Shown here one piece after another: positions 36,494 through 52,443 of a stretch of 64,000 nucleotides of DNA. The stretch covers positions 716,840-780,839 of the forward strand of contig QPGO01000016.1 in the NCBI GenBank assembly GCA_008632985.1. The letters are read 5' to 3'. The stretch's first letter is position 1. Each line of letters opens with the position of its first letter. The translations under genes and the position numbers were made by a program. Origin of the DNA: Psammoneis japonica. Its lineage: Eukaryota. The notes below the pieces were generated by a model that saw only the letters and a list, made by a program, of their open reading frames with translations, searched no databases and had not been told where the DNA came from.

Positions 36494-38146
36494 CTAGGTT
36501 TTGTGGCACAAATAAGTCGCCAAGGCTGCCGCGACGACCACAAAAAATGATGATGAACAACGAGCAAGGATTTCTTCCACCACCATTAGCCACCACAGAT
36601 GAATCCTACCAACCATAATCACTTCATCGGTTGCATCAGGACACAGTTTGTCAATCCACGCATTGAATCGGCTACTCTGGCTTGACCGAGTTGTGTGTTG
36701 CACATGAATCAATGCTTCAGCTCCTCCCGGGCCGTTGCTGCCTTTGACTACAAATCCTTCCAGTTTTGAATTTTCGGATATCCCCGCATCCTTTTGAAAG
36801 TTCGCATAAAATGACTTGGCTATGGAGAGATGCGGTTCTTGACACGGACAAGATTTCCCGAAGTTATTTGTCGGGTAAGGACAAATGTCCCTCTTGAAAA
36901 AGGAGTAAAAGTTCTTCGATCCGCTCGCGGATCGTCCCAAATCTGTCACCCAAAACTTGGTGTCTGCATGATCAAAAGCAAACAATGCAAGATTGGTCAA
37001 ACCCATGAGGCTCTGGAGATCACGTCCACGGTGTTGGGGGTGTACCATGATGAGTCCCATGTGAAGACATGGGACTTGCTTTTGATACTGCCATTGAATA
37101 GAAACATTGAAGCCACAGGGAACACTACTTCCTTTTGGATACACCAAACAGATCAGCTTGTCGCGGTAGCTCTCGCCACGAAATATGGGATAGGGCAACA
37201 AGTCGCCTATGGATTCTCGACACACTGTAGCAAGCTGCAGCGTCAATGACTTAATGATAGTAGGATCGGTTGGACGAACATATCGACGGAAGCTGTAATC
37301 GCTGTTCAACGACAACAAAGTGCCATCCTGAAGTTTGGAGCTTCCCCGCCAGATACGGTGCCACAAAACATGGGCGCAAAAGTCAAGCACAAAGTTAGAT
37401 TTGGTGCGTTTCTTGGATAATGACCCATTCGACAGCTTGGGCGGCTGTGACAGCTTTGTCCCGTTCTGTTTCTGACTGACATTACAGGGATAGAAAATCT
37501 CCATGAATGGATCTTCAAATATCTTGGCCACAGTCCAGTATCCAAGGGCAATCCATCCAGCCAAGTACAGTGCCGTCGGAGAAAGAATCCTCATGGAATA
37601 CCCGACATGGGCTACCGCGGCTCCAACGTACATGGGATGCGACATGCAATTGTAGGGGAAGGCCGTGACGAGCGTAAGCTGGATAAATCCAAAGTACTCG
37701 GGGTAGTACGTGTTGAGATGCACGTGAAAGAACCCTGTGAAATTGAGCGTTGAGCCCGAAATGTAGAGCACAGTTCCAATCGTCTCGATAACTTGACGAG
37801 GAAGAATTGTCACTGGGTAGTAGTATTGATTGCGCGGTGTTTCGGCCATGGCAAGAGCAAAGACGTGTTCTCGATAAATCGAAAATGCCAACACGTACAC
37901 GGCAAAGCAAACTTGCGCCACGCGACGATGACCACAAAAAAGTCTCGAAAGGAGACGGTGTCGATACTCCAAACGCGAAAATACCACCCAGGAAAATGGA
38001 GCCCAAATGCTGGCAAAGACGGCTTTTTGAACACTTGCAATCTCAAGCTGCGTTGCCAACAGGAAGTGGCTTGCGACTACCATCGTGGAGAAGTAGAGCA
38101 CGAGCTGCACCCAAAGACTGGGGTCTCGAGCAACAACGACCATCAT
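36494..38146 (-). CDS. Phospholipid methyltransferase (PEMT/Opi3-like) fused to a GNAT-like domain
   Basis: Multi-TM N-half with TYYPEYFG..VTAFPYNCMSHPMYVG..FEDPFMEIFY; C-half LHMGLIMVHPQHRGRDLQ; one continuous ORF; start uncertain. Confidence 0.75.
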   Translation of the reverse strand: MMVVVARDPSLWVQLVLYFSTMVVASHFLLATQLEIASVQKAVFASIWAPFSWVVFSRLEYRHRLLSRLFCGHRRVAQVCFAVYVLAFSIYREHVFALAMAETPRNQYYYPVTILPRQVIETIGTVLYISGSTLNFTGFFHVHLNTYYPEYFGFIQLTLVTAFPYNCMSHPMYVGAAVAHVGYSMRILSPTALYLAGWIALGYWTVAKIFEDPFMEIFYPCNVSQKQNGTKLSQPPKLSNGSLSKKRTKSNFVLDFCAHVLWHRIWRGSSKLQDGTLLSLNSDYSFRRYVRPTDPTIIKSLTLQLATVCRESIGDLLPYPIFRGESYRDKLICLVYPKGSSVPCGFNVSIQWQYQKQVPCLHMGLIMVHPQHRGRDLQSLMGLTNLALFAFDHADTKFWVTDLGRSASGSKNFYSFFKRDICPYPTNNFGKSCPCQEPHLSIAKSFYANFQKDAGISENSKLEGFVVKGSNGPGGAEALIHVQHTTRSSQSSRFNAWIDKLCPDATDEVIMVGRIHLWWLMVVEEILARCSSSFFVVVAAALATYLCHKT

Positions 38147-38561
38147 TTTGTAGCGTGTGTCTTTCAGCTTTGTGAGCCCTTCCACTTTCAACTATCAAAT
38201 CTCAAGCGACCATCATCTCTGCTCATCGGATTCACCGACAGCCGACAGCTCCCTGGTGAGGGGGTTGCGGGGGTGCACTTTCTCTAGTAGTACCCCCGGT
38301 AGAGCTGCTTGACATGCATTCATCATTTTCGCGCGCGCAGAGGCTTGACGGAGGGTGGAGATGGGAGATGGGGGGGGATAAGAGCCACCCCGTTTCAGAT
38401 TTACGTGGAAGATCCTTGTAAAAAAGATATGCGCGTTTCCGGGTTTCACTTCTCACTGTTGTCTGTCAGGAAATCGCAGATCGCAGATTCAAGATCGCAG
38501 ACCGCAGACAGCCATGAGATTCTGAGCGGCTTTGACATCTACTCTATTTTATTCAAACATA

Positions 38562-42350
<3,789 letters not shown>

Positions 42351-42695
42351 CCTGCCGGCGAAAAAAATCCATAATCAGGCTTTGCGGTGTTGTTTTCCCT
42401 TGCTATTGCGTTGACAAAGATCAGTTTTTACACCGCGACGTAAAAGCTGTGTTTGATCCACTGCATTATGAGATCGACATTGTCCCAAGCTAACTAATAG
42501 CTAGTAGCTAGATAGTAACTGACGTGAATGGATCTGTCATCGTCGTGCTCTCGCATTTGATACGTAATTCCTTTGACGCCTTTAGCCAGCTGCTAACCAG
42601 TTTGAAAGCGTAGGCGTTTAGTCACTTATCTCTCATAGCTGTGCCATGCTCATAAACCGGTTTATCGAATGTCATGTCCTGCAACTGATCATTTA

Positions 42696-44713
42696 TTACA
42701 ATGCTTGCACAGATGATTTTTGCGTTTGACTTGGTGTGCCTTCGTTCGAAGGAGTTCCGCTCCGATTCCGAGACCGAATCCGCATACTTGTTGGAAAATC
42801 AGGCACGGGACCAGTCTTCAAAATGCTCGGTACATCCTCATATTGTAAAGTTTCATCTTTAATATCCACCTCCCAATCCAATACAAATTGGGCTAAAAAC
42901 ATGTGAACCTCAGCGAGTGCAACAGCTGCCCCGGGACAACGACGCAGCCCCTGCCCAAAGGGCTGTGCTAGGTACGGATGATCCAAACCCTCTTGAGCGG
43001 TACCTTTGCGTTCCCGGACTGCTTGTGGAAACCAACGGGTCGGATCATACGTCCAAATAGAACGATCCATACCGGTGGCAGGATCCAGCTGTCCATCATC
43101 ACTTGTAGAGTCCTTGTCGTCAGCGCCATGATTAGTCGTACATGTGTTTGTCTCATGTTGCATCTTCGGCAAGACTAGTCCTAAGTTGGGAGTCACCGAG
43201 TCAAACATGACGGCCGATCGGCGGGGAAGCTCCACACCATGCAAGGTGATTGGACACAAGGCATCCTTAATGAGAGAAACGGTTGCCGCGGGTGTCAACG
43301 GTGTGTTTCCCGAACAACTCCATGCAGCCACGGTGTGCGCATCTTGTCGAGTAGAACCGACGCTGGCGTGTCGGCAATACAAGAGCGGGAACCTTCTGAT
43401 GAAGTTTTAACCACAGACGAAATTTCGTCCAGCAGGGCGTTTTGCACGTCTTGATGAAAGGCGAGCTGCAGCAGGTTCCACGCGATCTTTCCGGCCGTGG
43501 TATCAATCGCTCCCAACAACAAGGCCAGGCACGAAAATGCAAGATCACGACGAGGCACTACTGCTACCTTCTGGCTGTTTCTATCCCCACTGTTTTTGTG
43601 GTCATAGTATGATTGCAAATTTCGAAGCACGTAGCAATCCTCTAAGGCGGATGGATCATCCTCCTGCTCACCATGTGCTACTAGTCGTTTTTCGAGTGCG
43701 TTGACTCGAGCTTGTAAGATTTCTACCGCCGCGTCCATTGCTTGATTACATTTGCGCATGAGGGGTGTTTGTATGCCAAACATCCGGGCTACACTTTGCC
43801 ACGGCGATCGTCGCAAGGCTTGTGCTTGATTCATAGCCTCCAATGTTGCCTCAAAGAGTTGGTCGGATGAGGAAGATGAAATGTTGTTGCCAAAGAGGAC
43901 GTGTTCAAACATGCCAAATGCCGCACGGTTGAGTTGAACCATGAAGTTCTCGGGAAGTTCACTCCATGCTGTCGAGTTTTCAGGTTGTTGTCGACTCGTT
44001 TTCACTGTGATTCGACGATTGGCCGCAACGGCACCCTTTAAAACCGCGTCGAGCGGTGGAACGGCCAAGGCCGCTTGCGTCGCTTGACGAGCTTCCCACC
44101 ATTGCGGACCTCGTGTAAAGATATTGGCAGCAGTCATTGCTTCTTGTCGAGAAAAGTATTCCCAAAAAGGCCACAATTGTTCGACCATTCCGACTGGATA
44201 GTCGTATTTGGCATTGTCCACGACCGCAGTAGGCTGCGATTGAACAATTTTGCGCATTTCGGTTGGATCTGTAATGACATACAAGTCAGGCTGGATGTCC
44301 TTGCCAAAGGTGGGCACACCAAGCCGGTAAAAATCACCAAAGCGCTGGTTCATGAGTGGATTAAACCGGTTGACAAACTTCATGTCGGCTGTAGGAGTGC
44401 CTGTAAGTGGTGGAAAGAAGGAACCCAAAACAGGCACAGTTGGGACAAGGCGGAGAATGGGCGTTACAGGACATGAAGCAGTTTGATCGTTATCTTCTTT
44501 CTCATCCTTAACCACAGCCTTCTTGGCAACGAAGAGAGGGGAGACTCCCAAACTGTCGCATCTCGTGGTTAGAAACGGTGTCTCCTGAAAGGCAAAAACA
44601 ACAATGGCCGAGTGCACGAGAAGGAGCAGGCTCAAGAGGTTTGCAGGGTTCTGATGCGACATGCTTCTTCCACGACGAGCCACACTGAAAGACGATTTCG
44701 TGTAGCGAAACAT
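42696..44713 (-). CDS. Cytochrome P450, probably plastid/ER targeted
   Basis: I-helix GAIDTT, K-helix ETHR, YDPTRW, heme motif PFGQGLRRCPG; 1-bp frameshift ~43298; signal ending VFA-F. Confidence 0.9.
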
Positions 44714-44998
44714 TAAATCTACTCTTTGTATCGCCTTGTCAATGCCTTTCGACTAGCAGCCGACAACATGCATACCGGTAGTCGCAGACTGAAGCAGACC
44801 GGAGAAAACGAAAAATGGTGCCGTCAGAACCTTGGGTGCTAAATATATATAGTGTCATGAATATAATTTTGTACATTCATTTTCTCCCTCCGAGCCACCG
44901 ATCCGCCACCAACCCACGACTCAGAGCCACGACCCACGACCGCCAAAAAATCGCCATGCGATGCACCATGCACCGCCACAACAGAGAACGATCTCACG

Positions 44999-45907
44999 AT
45001 GAACCTGTTCAATCTCCAAAAGATCTTTTTGGTAACTATTTTGGGGCTGACACTGTGTCTTTTGATGGTGTCAACAAAATATGCAAATTTTGATTCTGAA
45101 ACTACATCGTCGGCGCTTGCTCCTCATCAGTCCGAACAACCAAAAGAGTCCTGTCGCGAGTACTTCAACAAGCCCAACACGAAACCGATAAAGGAGATTC
45201 TTGTCGTTGGCGAACGTCATCACGGTACAAATTGGATCCGTGTCATTATAAACAAGAACGCGCCTCTTATCAAGTGCGACCTGAATACGTCGCATTGGAA
45301 GCACGGATTTTTCAATGCTACGTCGTTTCGGCTCAAGCAAAATCAACTCCTATGGATTGTCACGCGGGACGTGTTTGCCTGGCTTCCAAAAATGTATCGT
45401 GAAGTATACTGTGAAGAAGCTGATTCTAGTGAAGACTTGACATTGCCCGAGTTTATACGTAAAGAGTATGTATGCCCAGAGAAAAACGAACGTGCCAAGA
45501 ATCTCATTCAACTCCGCACCGCAAAGTACAAGAATTGGATCAAAGACTCGTCGTATTTTGAGAAACCACATTCGTGCTTGAGAACTCATATAAAATATGA
45601 AGATGTGTTGGAGAAAGGACAAGAAGAGACGGTTGGACAAGTGCTAAAGGACCACGGCATTCAAATGAATGAAACGCATTCCTTTCAACGAGTTGTGGGT
45701 CGCACAACCTTTATGGGTGAATCGAAACAGAAACCTCCCGATTTTTATCTGCCCAACCAATACACACTCACATGGTACACTATAGAAGACATTTGCTTCA
45801 TTCTGGATAATCTGGATTTGGAGTTTGAGAAGAACGTTTTGAACTATTCTTATGATTATGTGATGGAGTATCTGAACAATACCGCTTCAGCCATTCCGCA
45901 GTATTGA
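44999..45907 (+). CDS. Type II membrane sulfotransferase-like P-loop protein
   Basis: N-terminal TM, VVGERHHGTNW, WKHGF, RDVFAWL, IKYEDVL. Confidence 0.75.
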   Translation: MNLFNLQKIFLVTILGLTLCLLMVSTKYANFDSETTSSALAPHQSEQPKESCREYFNKPNTKPIKEILVVGERHHGTNWIRVIINKNAPLIKCDLNTSHWKHGFFNATSFRLKQNQLLWIVTRDVFAWLPKMYREVYCEEADSSEDLTLPEFIRKEYVCPEKNERAKNLIQLRTAKYKNWIKDSSYFEKPHSCLRTHIKYEDVLEKGQEETVGQVLKDHGIQMNETHSFQRVVGRTTFMGESKQKPPDFYLPNQYTLTWYTIEDICFILDNLDLEFEKNVLNYSYDYVMEYLNNTASAIPQY

Positions 45908-46569
45908 TACGATTTTGATCCCAGCCTTCCTGACCTGAAGCAATCGAGAGTGAAAAAGAGACGACTGCGAATCAGAGCCATTCTCTACGGAAGGTGGTCA
46001 AGCCGCTCCGGTTGAAAAGATCCAGGTCGGCAATTCACAAGTCTCCAAGTGCAGCACAGAAACTTTGTCTTTGCTGGTTTCCATGGTTTTCCATCCGCGT
46101 TACAGGATCTAAATACATTGTTTAGTTGTTGGCACTCTGCCAGCTGCTACCGTAGGGTATCCAACGTATGAGATTGGTGCAAGGATCTCTTCCAACCGAT
46201 CCGTTGGATAGAGAACCGCGATGGGAGGTAGATCTTTGACAGTGTGAATGTTCTTATGCACCAGAAAACGCCTTTCTAGTGTGCGTAGCTCGGCTATCTT
46301 CAAATCAACATACCTATGGGCAGATCCGCGTCTCGTGACGAGCAATGAGGCGAGCGTACCAACTTCAAATTATCTATGCGGGGTAGACGAAGCAGTAGCA
46401 TTTTTAGCATCGTACAGTATCATCAATGCGTGTGCTTGCAGGTAGACACCTAATTTTAACTCATAGCTACTAGCACAGTCTGTCAACATAGAGTTATGGT
46501 GATGATTATCTTTTCAAAGATTGGATGCTCCGAAAATATGAATGCGAGGTTGGACACTTACTTCCTCGC

Positions 46570-47900
46570 TCATCGCAAACGCAAGCCTTCCAATGCGATG
46601 GCCATGTCATTTTCAGTCTGAAAAGGGATTGGATCAATCTCATCATCATTGGTGCCACCAAATTGCAATTCAAAATCACGAATCTGAACCTTAAAAGCAG
46701 GTACTTTGGATAAAACGCTGCGAACCTGCTTTCCTCGTTTGCGGCCTTTCACGTCTGAATGCCAGGGGAATCCCTCCTCCTCTGGGACTTTCACAAGGAT
46801 GTCTGCTTCACATTGAAAGGAGTTTGCATCATGCTCAACCTGCACAATGAGAGCCCTTCCTCCTGCCTGAGTACCATCCACCTTGACTTTGTCATTGGAC
46901 CAATTGAAGTGCATTCCACAGCTGTCAAGGTCGCACCCATCAAATGCAGTCGTTTCTTCGTCCAGGATGCACACTGATTTCATGTTATCACGCCTGAAGA
47001 GAGTGACTCGGAGGCACGGTCCATCTCTGCGACAGGATGGAGCACCATTTGCAATGCATTCTATGATGCCATCTTCAACAACCACATGCTCATCACAGAA
47101 CCAACAGTCGTCCGACAAAGGGTCATCCCCGCTAAATCCTGTTGATGATGCATGGTGCGGATTTTTTACCGTGAATTCCACCCCGGTGTCAGGCGCATGT
47201 TGCCGCTGCCCTAACAGGCCTCCAACTTGTCAATCAACCCACAAGCAATTGTGCACAGTGTTGAAACGATGTCATTTGGCCTGTTTTTGCATCTGCATTG
47301 TTGATGGAAGATCGTCTTTTTTGTTTGTGCGGGGTTTTGCGTGCTTTGGCTCGACGGCAATGGTGGAGCGGCTCTGCAAATGACAAAATCGGATTGAAGG
47401 TCCTGTGTCATGGCACTGTCGAGCTCAGGGGATGACAGAGATTCAGCACATGGTGTGTTGTCATTGAAATGAGTGGTTTTGGGCAGTTGGCGGCTGAACT
47501 CTTGCCGTCATTGTCGCGAAGCATGGCATTCCACCACAACGTGAAGATCCATGTCGAAATTGAATCAGGTTGTGAGTGCAATTGTGTTTGTGCAGAAGCA
47601 GTGCTACGTCGCATGGCCCAAAACGAATGACACAGTGTTTCCCCGTGGACATTTGTCGCTTTTGCCGGAGGAAGCATTGCTGCAGCATGCAGCACGGCAC
47701 GGCACTGTGCCAAATAAAAATGCGGTGCACGCAGGTGTGGCACAAATGCCGGCACCGTACCCACAGAGTCGATCCCACATTGAGACCCACCTGAGATCAC
47801 CAGCCATTAAAATTTCTCTGTGCACATGCAATGCAACTTTTCATGCATGGACATGAAAGATCTCATTGAACTTGTCACAAAAAAATTCTTCCCTCTTTTG
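46570..47900 (-). pseudogene. TpA-depleted broken ORF of unknown origin
   Basis: 203-aa frame (46570-47181) with protein-like composition but no Tyr; further fragments upstream. Confidence 0.4.
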
Positions 47901-48277
47901 CAAATCCGGTTGGTTCATGAGTTTCAGCACGCTGACCAAAATGTCCGACGAGCCGATGCGGACAGGCAGGTGGTGATTTAAGACCCACGTAGAAATGTGC
48001 GTGATTTCAGCAGAGTGACAGATTGCACCTGTTTGCTGTTTGCTGTTTGCTGTTCACTGTTGGCTTCGATTTTTTTAGTTGAAGCGCTGACATCACAAAA
48101 TGGAATTTTGCTTTTTACGAATTCTCAACTCGCGTCCTGTTCCTTTTGTTTGATCAAACTTCAGTCATTTTGGTCAGATGCTCATTTTTAGATTCCTTCT
48201 TCTCGACATGAATGTGGTGTGCCATTTTCATCTCGCAGCTCATTCTGTGTTTCTTGTTCCACTCTCATCGAGCTGCA

Positions 48278-49867
48278 ATGGCGATGCTTGTCAATCCCTT
48301 TACAGGCAAGAGACGTTGCAAGCCCACACGATGGACAACACAGAAAAGGAGGAAGATGTTTGCAATTAATGTCAACGATCAACTGCTTTGTCGAGAGGCA
48401 ATGTCAGTGGCCATGTGTGCTCTGGAGAACACGCAAGAGCATCTAAACTCCACGATCATGTTGGTTGCACAAAGATTGCAGCTCCTCATCCAAAACAACA
48501 TGGAAATGTCACCCCAAATTGCTCAAATGGACCTTTGTCTGCAATTGTGTGTCGGCTCATGTCAAACTTGCATGCTGCATTTCTGCAACGCGGTGCAGGT
48601 TGATGCAGAGGTCGGAGACCTGCAAGACGATGAACTCGAAACTGCTCCGTACAAGGAAATCTGTCGATTCACAAGAATTGACAGCTTCCAAGATGACAAC
48701 GAGGCAAATGATTTTACCACCTTTTCCAAGGTTGAGCTCCAAGAAATGTTGGATCCACTGGATCTTCCAGTGATTGTTCATGTGCCCCATCCTGGGAACC
48801 AAGGCTGCTTGCATTTTCATCGCGAGAGCTTGCTGATCCATTCACTTGTCAAGTGCAAACGACGGGGGACACACAAAGATTTGGCCAACAATGGTGTCTC
48901 TGGGGAAGCGACGAAATGGTCATGTGGTTTCAAGCATTTCGTGCGGCATTTTGATTCGAGATGTGGACACCTGCTTGGACCAGACGGACTCCGACTGTGG
49001 ATGCCACACTTTCCGGATTTTGCCGAGGCGATTTGTCAGGAAGTTGGAAGAGATGTCACGTTGATTGACCCCGAGACGGAAGAGGAACATTTTTGTCCTG
49101 GAGTTCACTGTGAACCCGGCTCTTTTGTGGCACGCGGCTCCACCGATTGCAAAGACCATGCAGTTGCAACACCATGAACGGGCCCTGATGGAAACTGTGA
49201 GGGAAGCATGCGTTGACCGGGACATGATGAGGCTCAACGTTGTGTGCACACTGGGAAGTCTAAAAAGCATGCTCTGAAAATGTTCAATTTGTTCCTTCCA
49301 AATGGAATTCATGCGTGTGCTTGTGGGCCCATGTCATCCAGACCGTGAGTGCATCCGAGCTCCAATGTCATTCTGCTGCGTTGCGTTGCATGTGTCTAAA
49401 ACATTCTTGCCATTCCGTGTCACTCCAGGCATGACAGCAAAGCGCTTGCAAGGAGTCAAATTGACACTTTCCTTCATGTTGTTCAAGAGGCGTGCCCGGA
49501 ACTACAAGGAAAGGTGCGTGCTTTTTACGGAGACTCAGCCTTCAAAGGTGTCTGGTGCTGCATTCGTGCCAGACACGAGCCCACGAGATTAGTTCCTGTT
49601 CTTCCTCTTTGTCAAGTTCAAGAAAATGCAGCAATGAAGTGATGCCGTCAATCTGTGGAGTGGGGGTGTGCGGGTGAGGTCAACATCTGTGCACTGATGA
49701 ATCGCAAGGAACAGTTCAAGCTCGAACAAGACCACGATTTTGTCCTTGCGCAGCTTCGTGCAGGTCTTCTTCTCCACAATGTCCACACATGCGTGAATGG
49801 ATCACAGACAGGAAATGGACTGGGCTTGCGTGCCCCAGAGCTAGAAGACCACTTGCCAGCTGGATGA
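48278..49867 (+). pseudogene. DDE_Tnp_4 / HARBI1-like transposase, inactivated
   Basis: TDCK, QRCVHTGKSKKHALK..PNG..GP, HD, YGDSAF, N..MK*CRQSVEWG, HTCVNGSQ, LEDHL; several in-frame TGA. Confidence 0.85.
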
Positions 49868-50084
49868 ATTTTATAATTTTTAGAATAAAATAGATTCCAC
49901 TTTAGTTTTGACATGACAGATCTGACATGACACATCGTGTTAATGTGTCGAGCCTAACTGCACTCTCTAGAATCGATGCCTGTGCACACATGCACTGCAG
50001 GCAGGTTCACAGATGTACATCTGCATGGTGCTTTGTAGCTGCCACTCTCTAGAGTCTAATTGCCACCCCCGAATCACACTCTGT

Positions 50085-50950
50085 CTAGTTGCCGCCCATG
50101 TCATGCCACGTGTTCTCCAGTTCCTTGATTCTCCGGTCATGTCTCTCATGGTCAACATCATCTCCACAGTCCAGAGCATCTTTGCGTGCCTTGCAAAGGG
50201 AGGAAAGCATTGCAGCATTGTGCTTGTGTTTCCTGGACTCCTCCAAGGCATTGTTCTGGGAGGCAAGGAGTTCCATGGTCCTCTCAAACAAGTTGTTGAC
50301 ACGGGCAGAGTTGTCATGCATGTGCTCACCATCAACATCCAATGGAGACGTTTCCGATCCAGGTGCAGATGCTCGGGCCTCAGAAGGCGGAGTGGGGTTG
50401 CTCTTGCGTTTCTTGTCATTGGTGGTGGCGAATGGGCTGCTCTCTGGATCTCTGACAACAGGTGACTTGGAAGTGGCTGAGCCCATGAAATTGACGTTGC
50501 GCATCACTTGGTCGCTGAACTGCAAATTAGTTGAGTTGACAGTGCCAGCAGGGTGGAGGTTCCAACGCGCCTCGCTCGCTTTGTCCGTGTGCTCTTGTTG
50601 AATTTTCCTCGCACATTCTTCATCCTTGCCTGCTTGGGACTTCTTTTCAGTGTCTTGGCATTTCTCCCAAAGCACACATCCCCTTTTTTCATTGTTTGCA
50701 TCCACGAAGTCCTTCTGAGCAAACTCGTCCTCACACTTCTTTGCAAGGTGCGGCAGAATGCCTTTCTCCATCACGAACTTGCGTTTCGTCAAAGCAGTGC
50801 GATTCGCAGTTTTTGACACCTGCAACCCATGCTTTGCTGCAATGCCATTGCTGTCTGCACACAACAGACGGCCTGCTTTGTGCCAAGGATTCTGTGGATG
50901 CTTGGCATCGGATGCAATGGCACTGCAAGCGTGCACTGTTCGACAATCAC
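50085..50950 (-). pseudogene. Harbinger accessory (ORF2) protein relic
   Basis: Convergent with the transposase inside the IRs; charged, coiled-coil C-terminus; 0 Tyr in the 388-aa frame 50085-51251. Confidence 0.55.
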
Positions 50951-51773
50951 AAGCATGTCGGAAAGCAACTGCCGACAAGTTGGGGAGAAAAAAAGATGAG
51001 ACCAAAGTGGTTGGGAGCTGAAAAAATGACACACAAAGTGGAGAAGAGCAACGCCAGAAAACTTGCCTCCTCACATCTGCCATCTGAGACAAGCTTGTCT
51101 GTGTTTGGGAATCGTTGCGCTTTGCGAGGAGCAGCAGCGGCATTCGGCCGAGCGGGGGCGGCGGGTTGATCCCCGATTGATGCCAGCACACCGCCATCGA
51201 CCATGTGACGATGTGCAGCTGGTGCACTGGCACTCGAATGCATGCTGTCACTCATGGTTAGTGTGGAAGTGCTTGATGTCCTGTGTGCTGAAGGCAGGCG
51301 AGTGTGTGGTGTGTGGTGTTTTTCAGACAAGAGACGATGGCGCACCTCGAAGGAATCTCAAAGTGCAGCGAAGCAAGTGGCGAGCTGGTGCAAAAAATGC
51401 GTTCATTTCTACGGGGAGGAGCTGTTTGCTAAGTCGGCTCAAATCGGGCACGAACACAATTGACAACCTGGATCTATGGAAGCCATTGACCATCCTGCGT
51501 CACACCATTTTCTTGGACGTCATTTGCGTGACGCGCGTGTGACGTGGCGAGTGCAATGGCAAATGGCAAACAGCACAATCTGTCACTCTAGTGCTGGAGA
51601 TCAGACGCGCCCCTCAAGGGCCAAGGATTTTTCTGGGGGGTAAAAAGGGCGGCAATCGAATGCTCTCATCGTGCTGTTTCGAACGCGATGCCTCTCGACT
51701 TTTTTCGACCAACAGAAAATTCTACGCATTTTTGTACCACGCCCCACGCGGGTCTTAATTTGTGCCGGGTCTT

Positions 51774-52281
51774 ATAAGCCATGTGCACTAGTACAAAAAT
51801 CACGTAGAAATTTTACGTAGAAAAAATTATAAAAATTAGGGTTTGGGCCGATTTTTTTCTCGTGCTTCTACCGTGCTTTCTGCTCCACCGACGCCTCAAG
51901 GAATCGTTTTCCCCTGAAACCATTGACACTTTACATGATGACTTTTACATAAGTAACACGATTCTGTGCGTGAACACTTCAAAATTCCATTTTCAGAAAT
52001 TCGATCAACACTTCACTACGGTCCTACCACGGTAAACATTTTCCAATGATGGAATTTTGCCGAACGGTGGACATCGTCGCGTTTGTCATCAAAAAGTAAG
52101 TACGCAAAGTGTCAACCGTTATGACTGAAATCGATTCCTTGAGGTCGTGGCCTATTTTTCGCAAAGCACGGGAAAAGCACGACGAACAAAATATTCTACG
52201 CGAATTTTCTACGTGAGTTTTGTACCAGAAATCGGCCCAAACCCTGTTTTTCGGGACTCATAACCCCTGCACATGGCTTAT
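51774..52281. mobile_element. ~510-bp foldback MITE
   Basis: Terminal ATAAGCCATGTGCA / TGCACATGGCTTAT plus internal IR pairs (GTACAAAAATCACGTAGAAA, AGGGTTTGGGCCGATTT, CCTCAAGGAATCG, TTGACACTTT). Confidence 0.85.
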
Positions 52282-52443
52282 TTTGGGATCGACTCTCTAC
52301 CGGTAGTAGCTAGAGGCCCGTAGGAACCCCTACCGGTAGGAGCGAGAGGAATCAGGAGCCGACGGCAGACGGACGGCTGACGGTTTTGCCGGTACGGCAC
52401 GGTCCACGCGGTCGGTTGCCATTTTTTTTTTTGCCTCGCGACC

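Larger units (their letters stand above)
47982..51754. mobile_element. PIF/Harbinger-like two-ORF DNA transposon (hypermutated)
   Basis: Outer IR TTAAGACCC(A/G)CGT at 47978-47990 / 51746-51758; inner IR AGAGTGACAGATTG.. starting at 48012 and ending at 51589; two convergent ORFs. Confidence 0.75.

Noticed and set aside
48278..51251. Alternative genetic code (Tyr reassignment)
   Set aside because: Host genes in the same window use TAT/TAC normally at conserved Tyr positions
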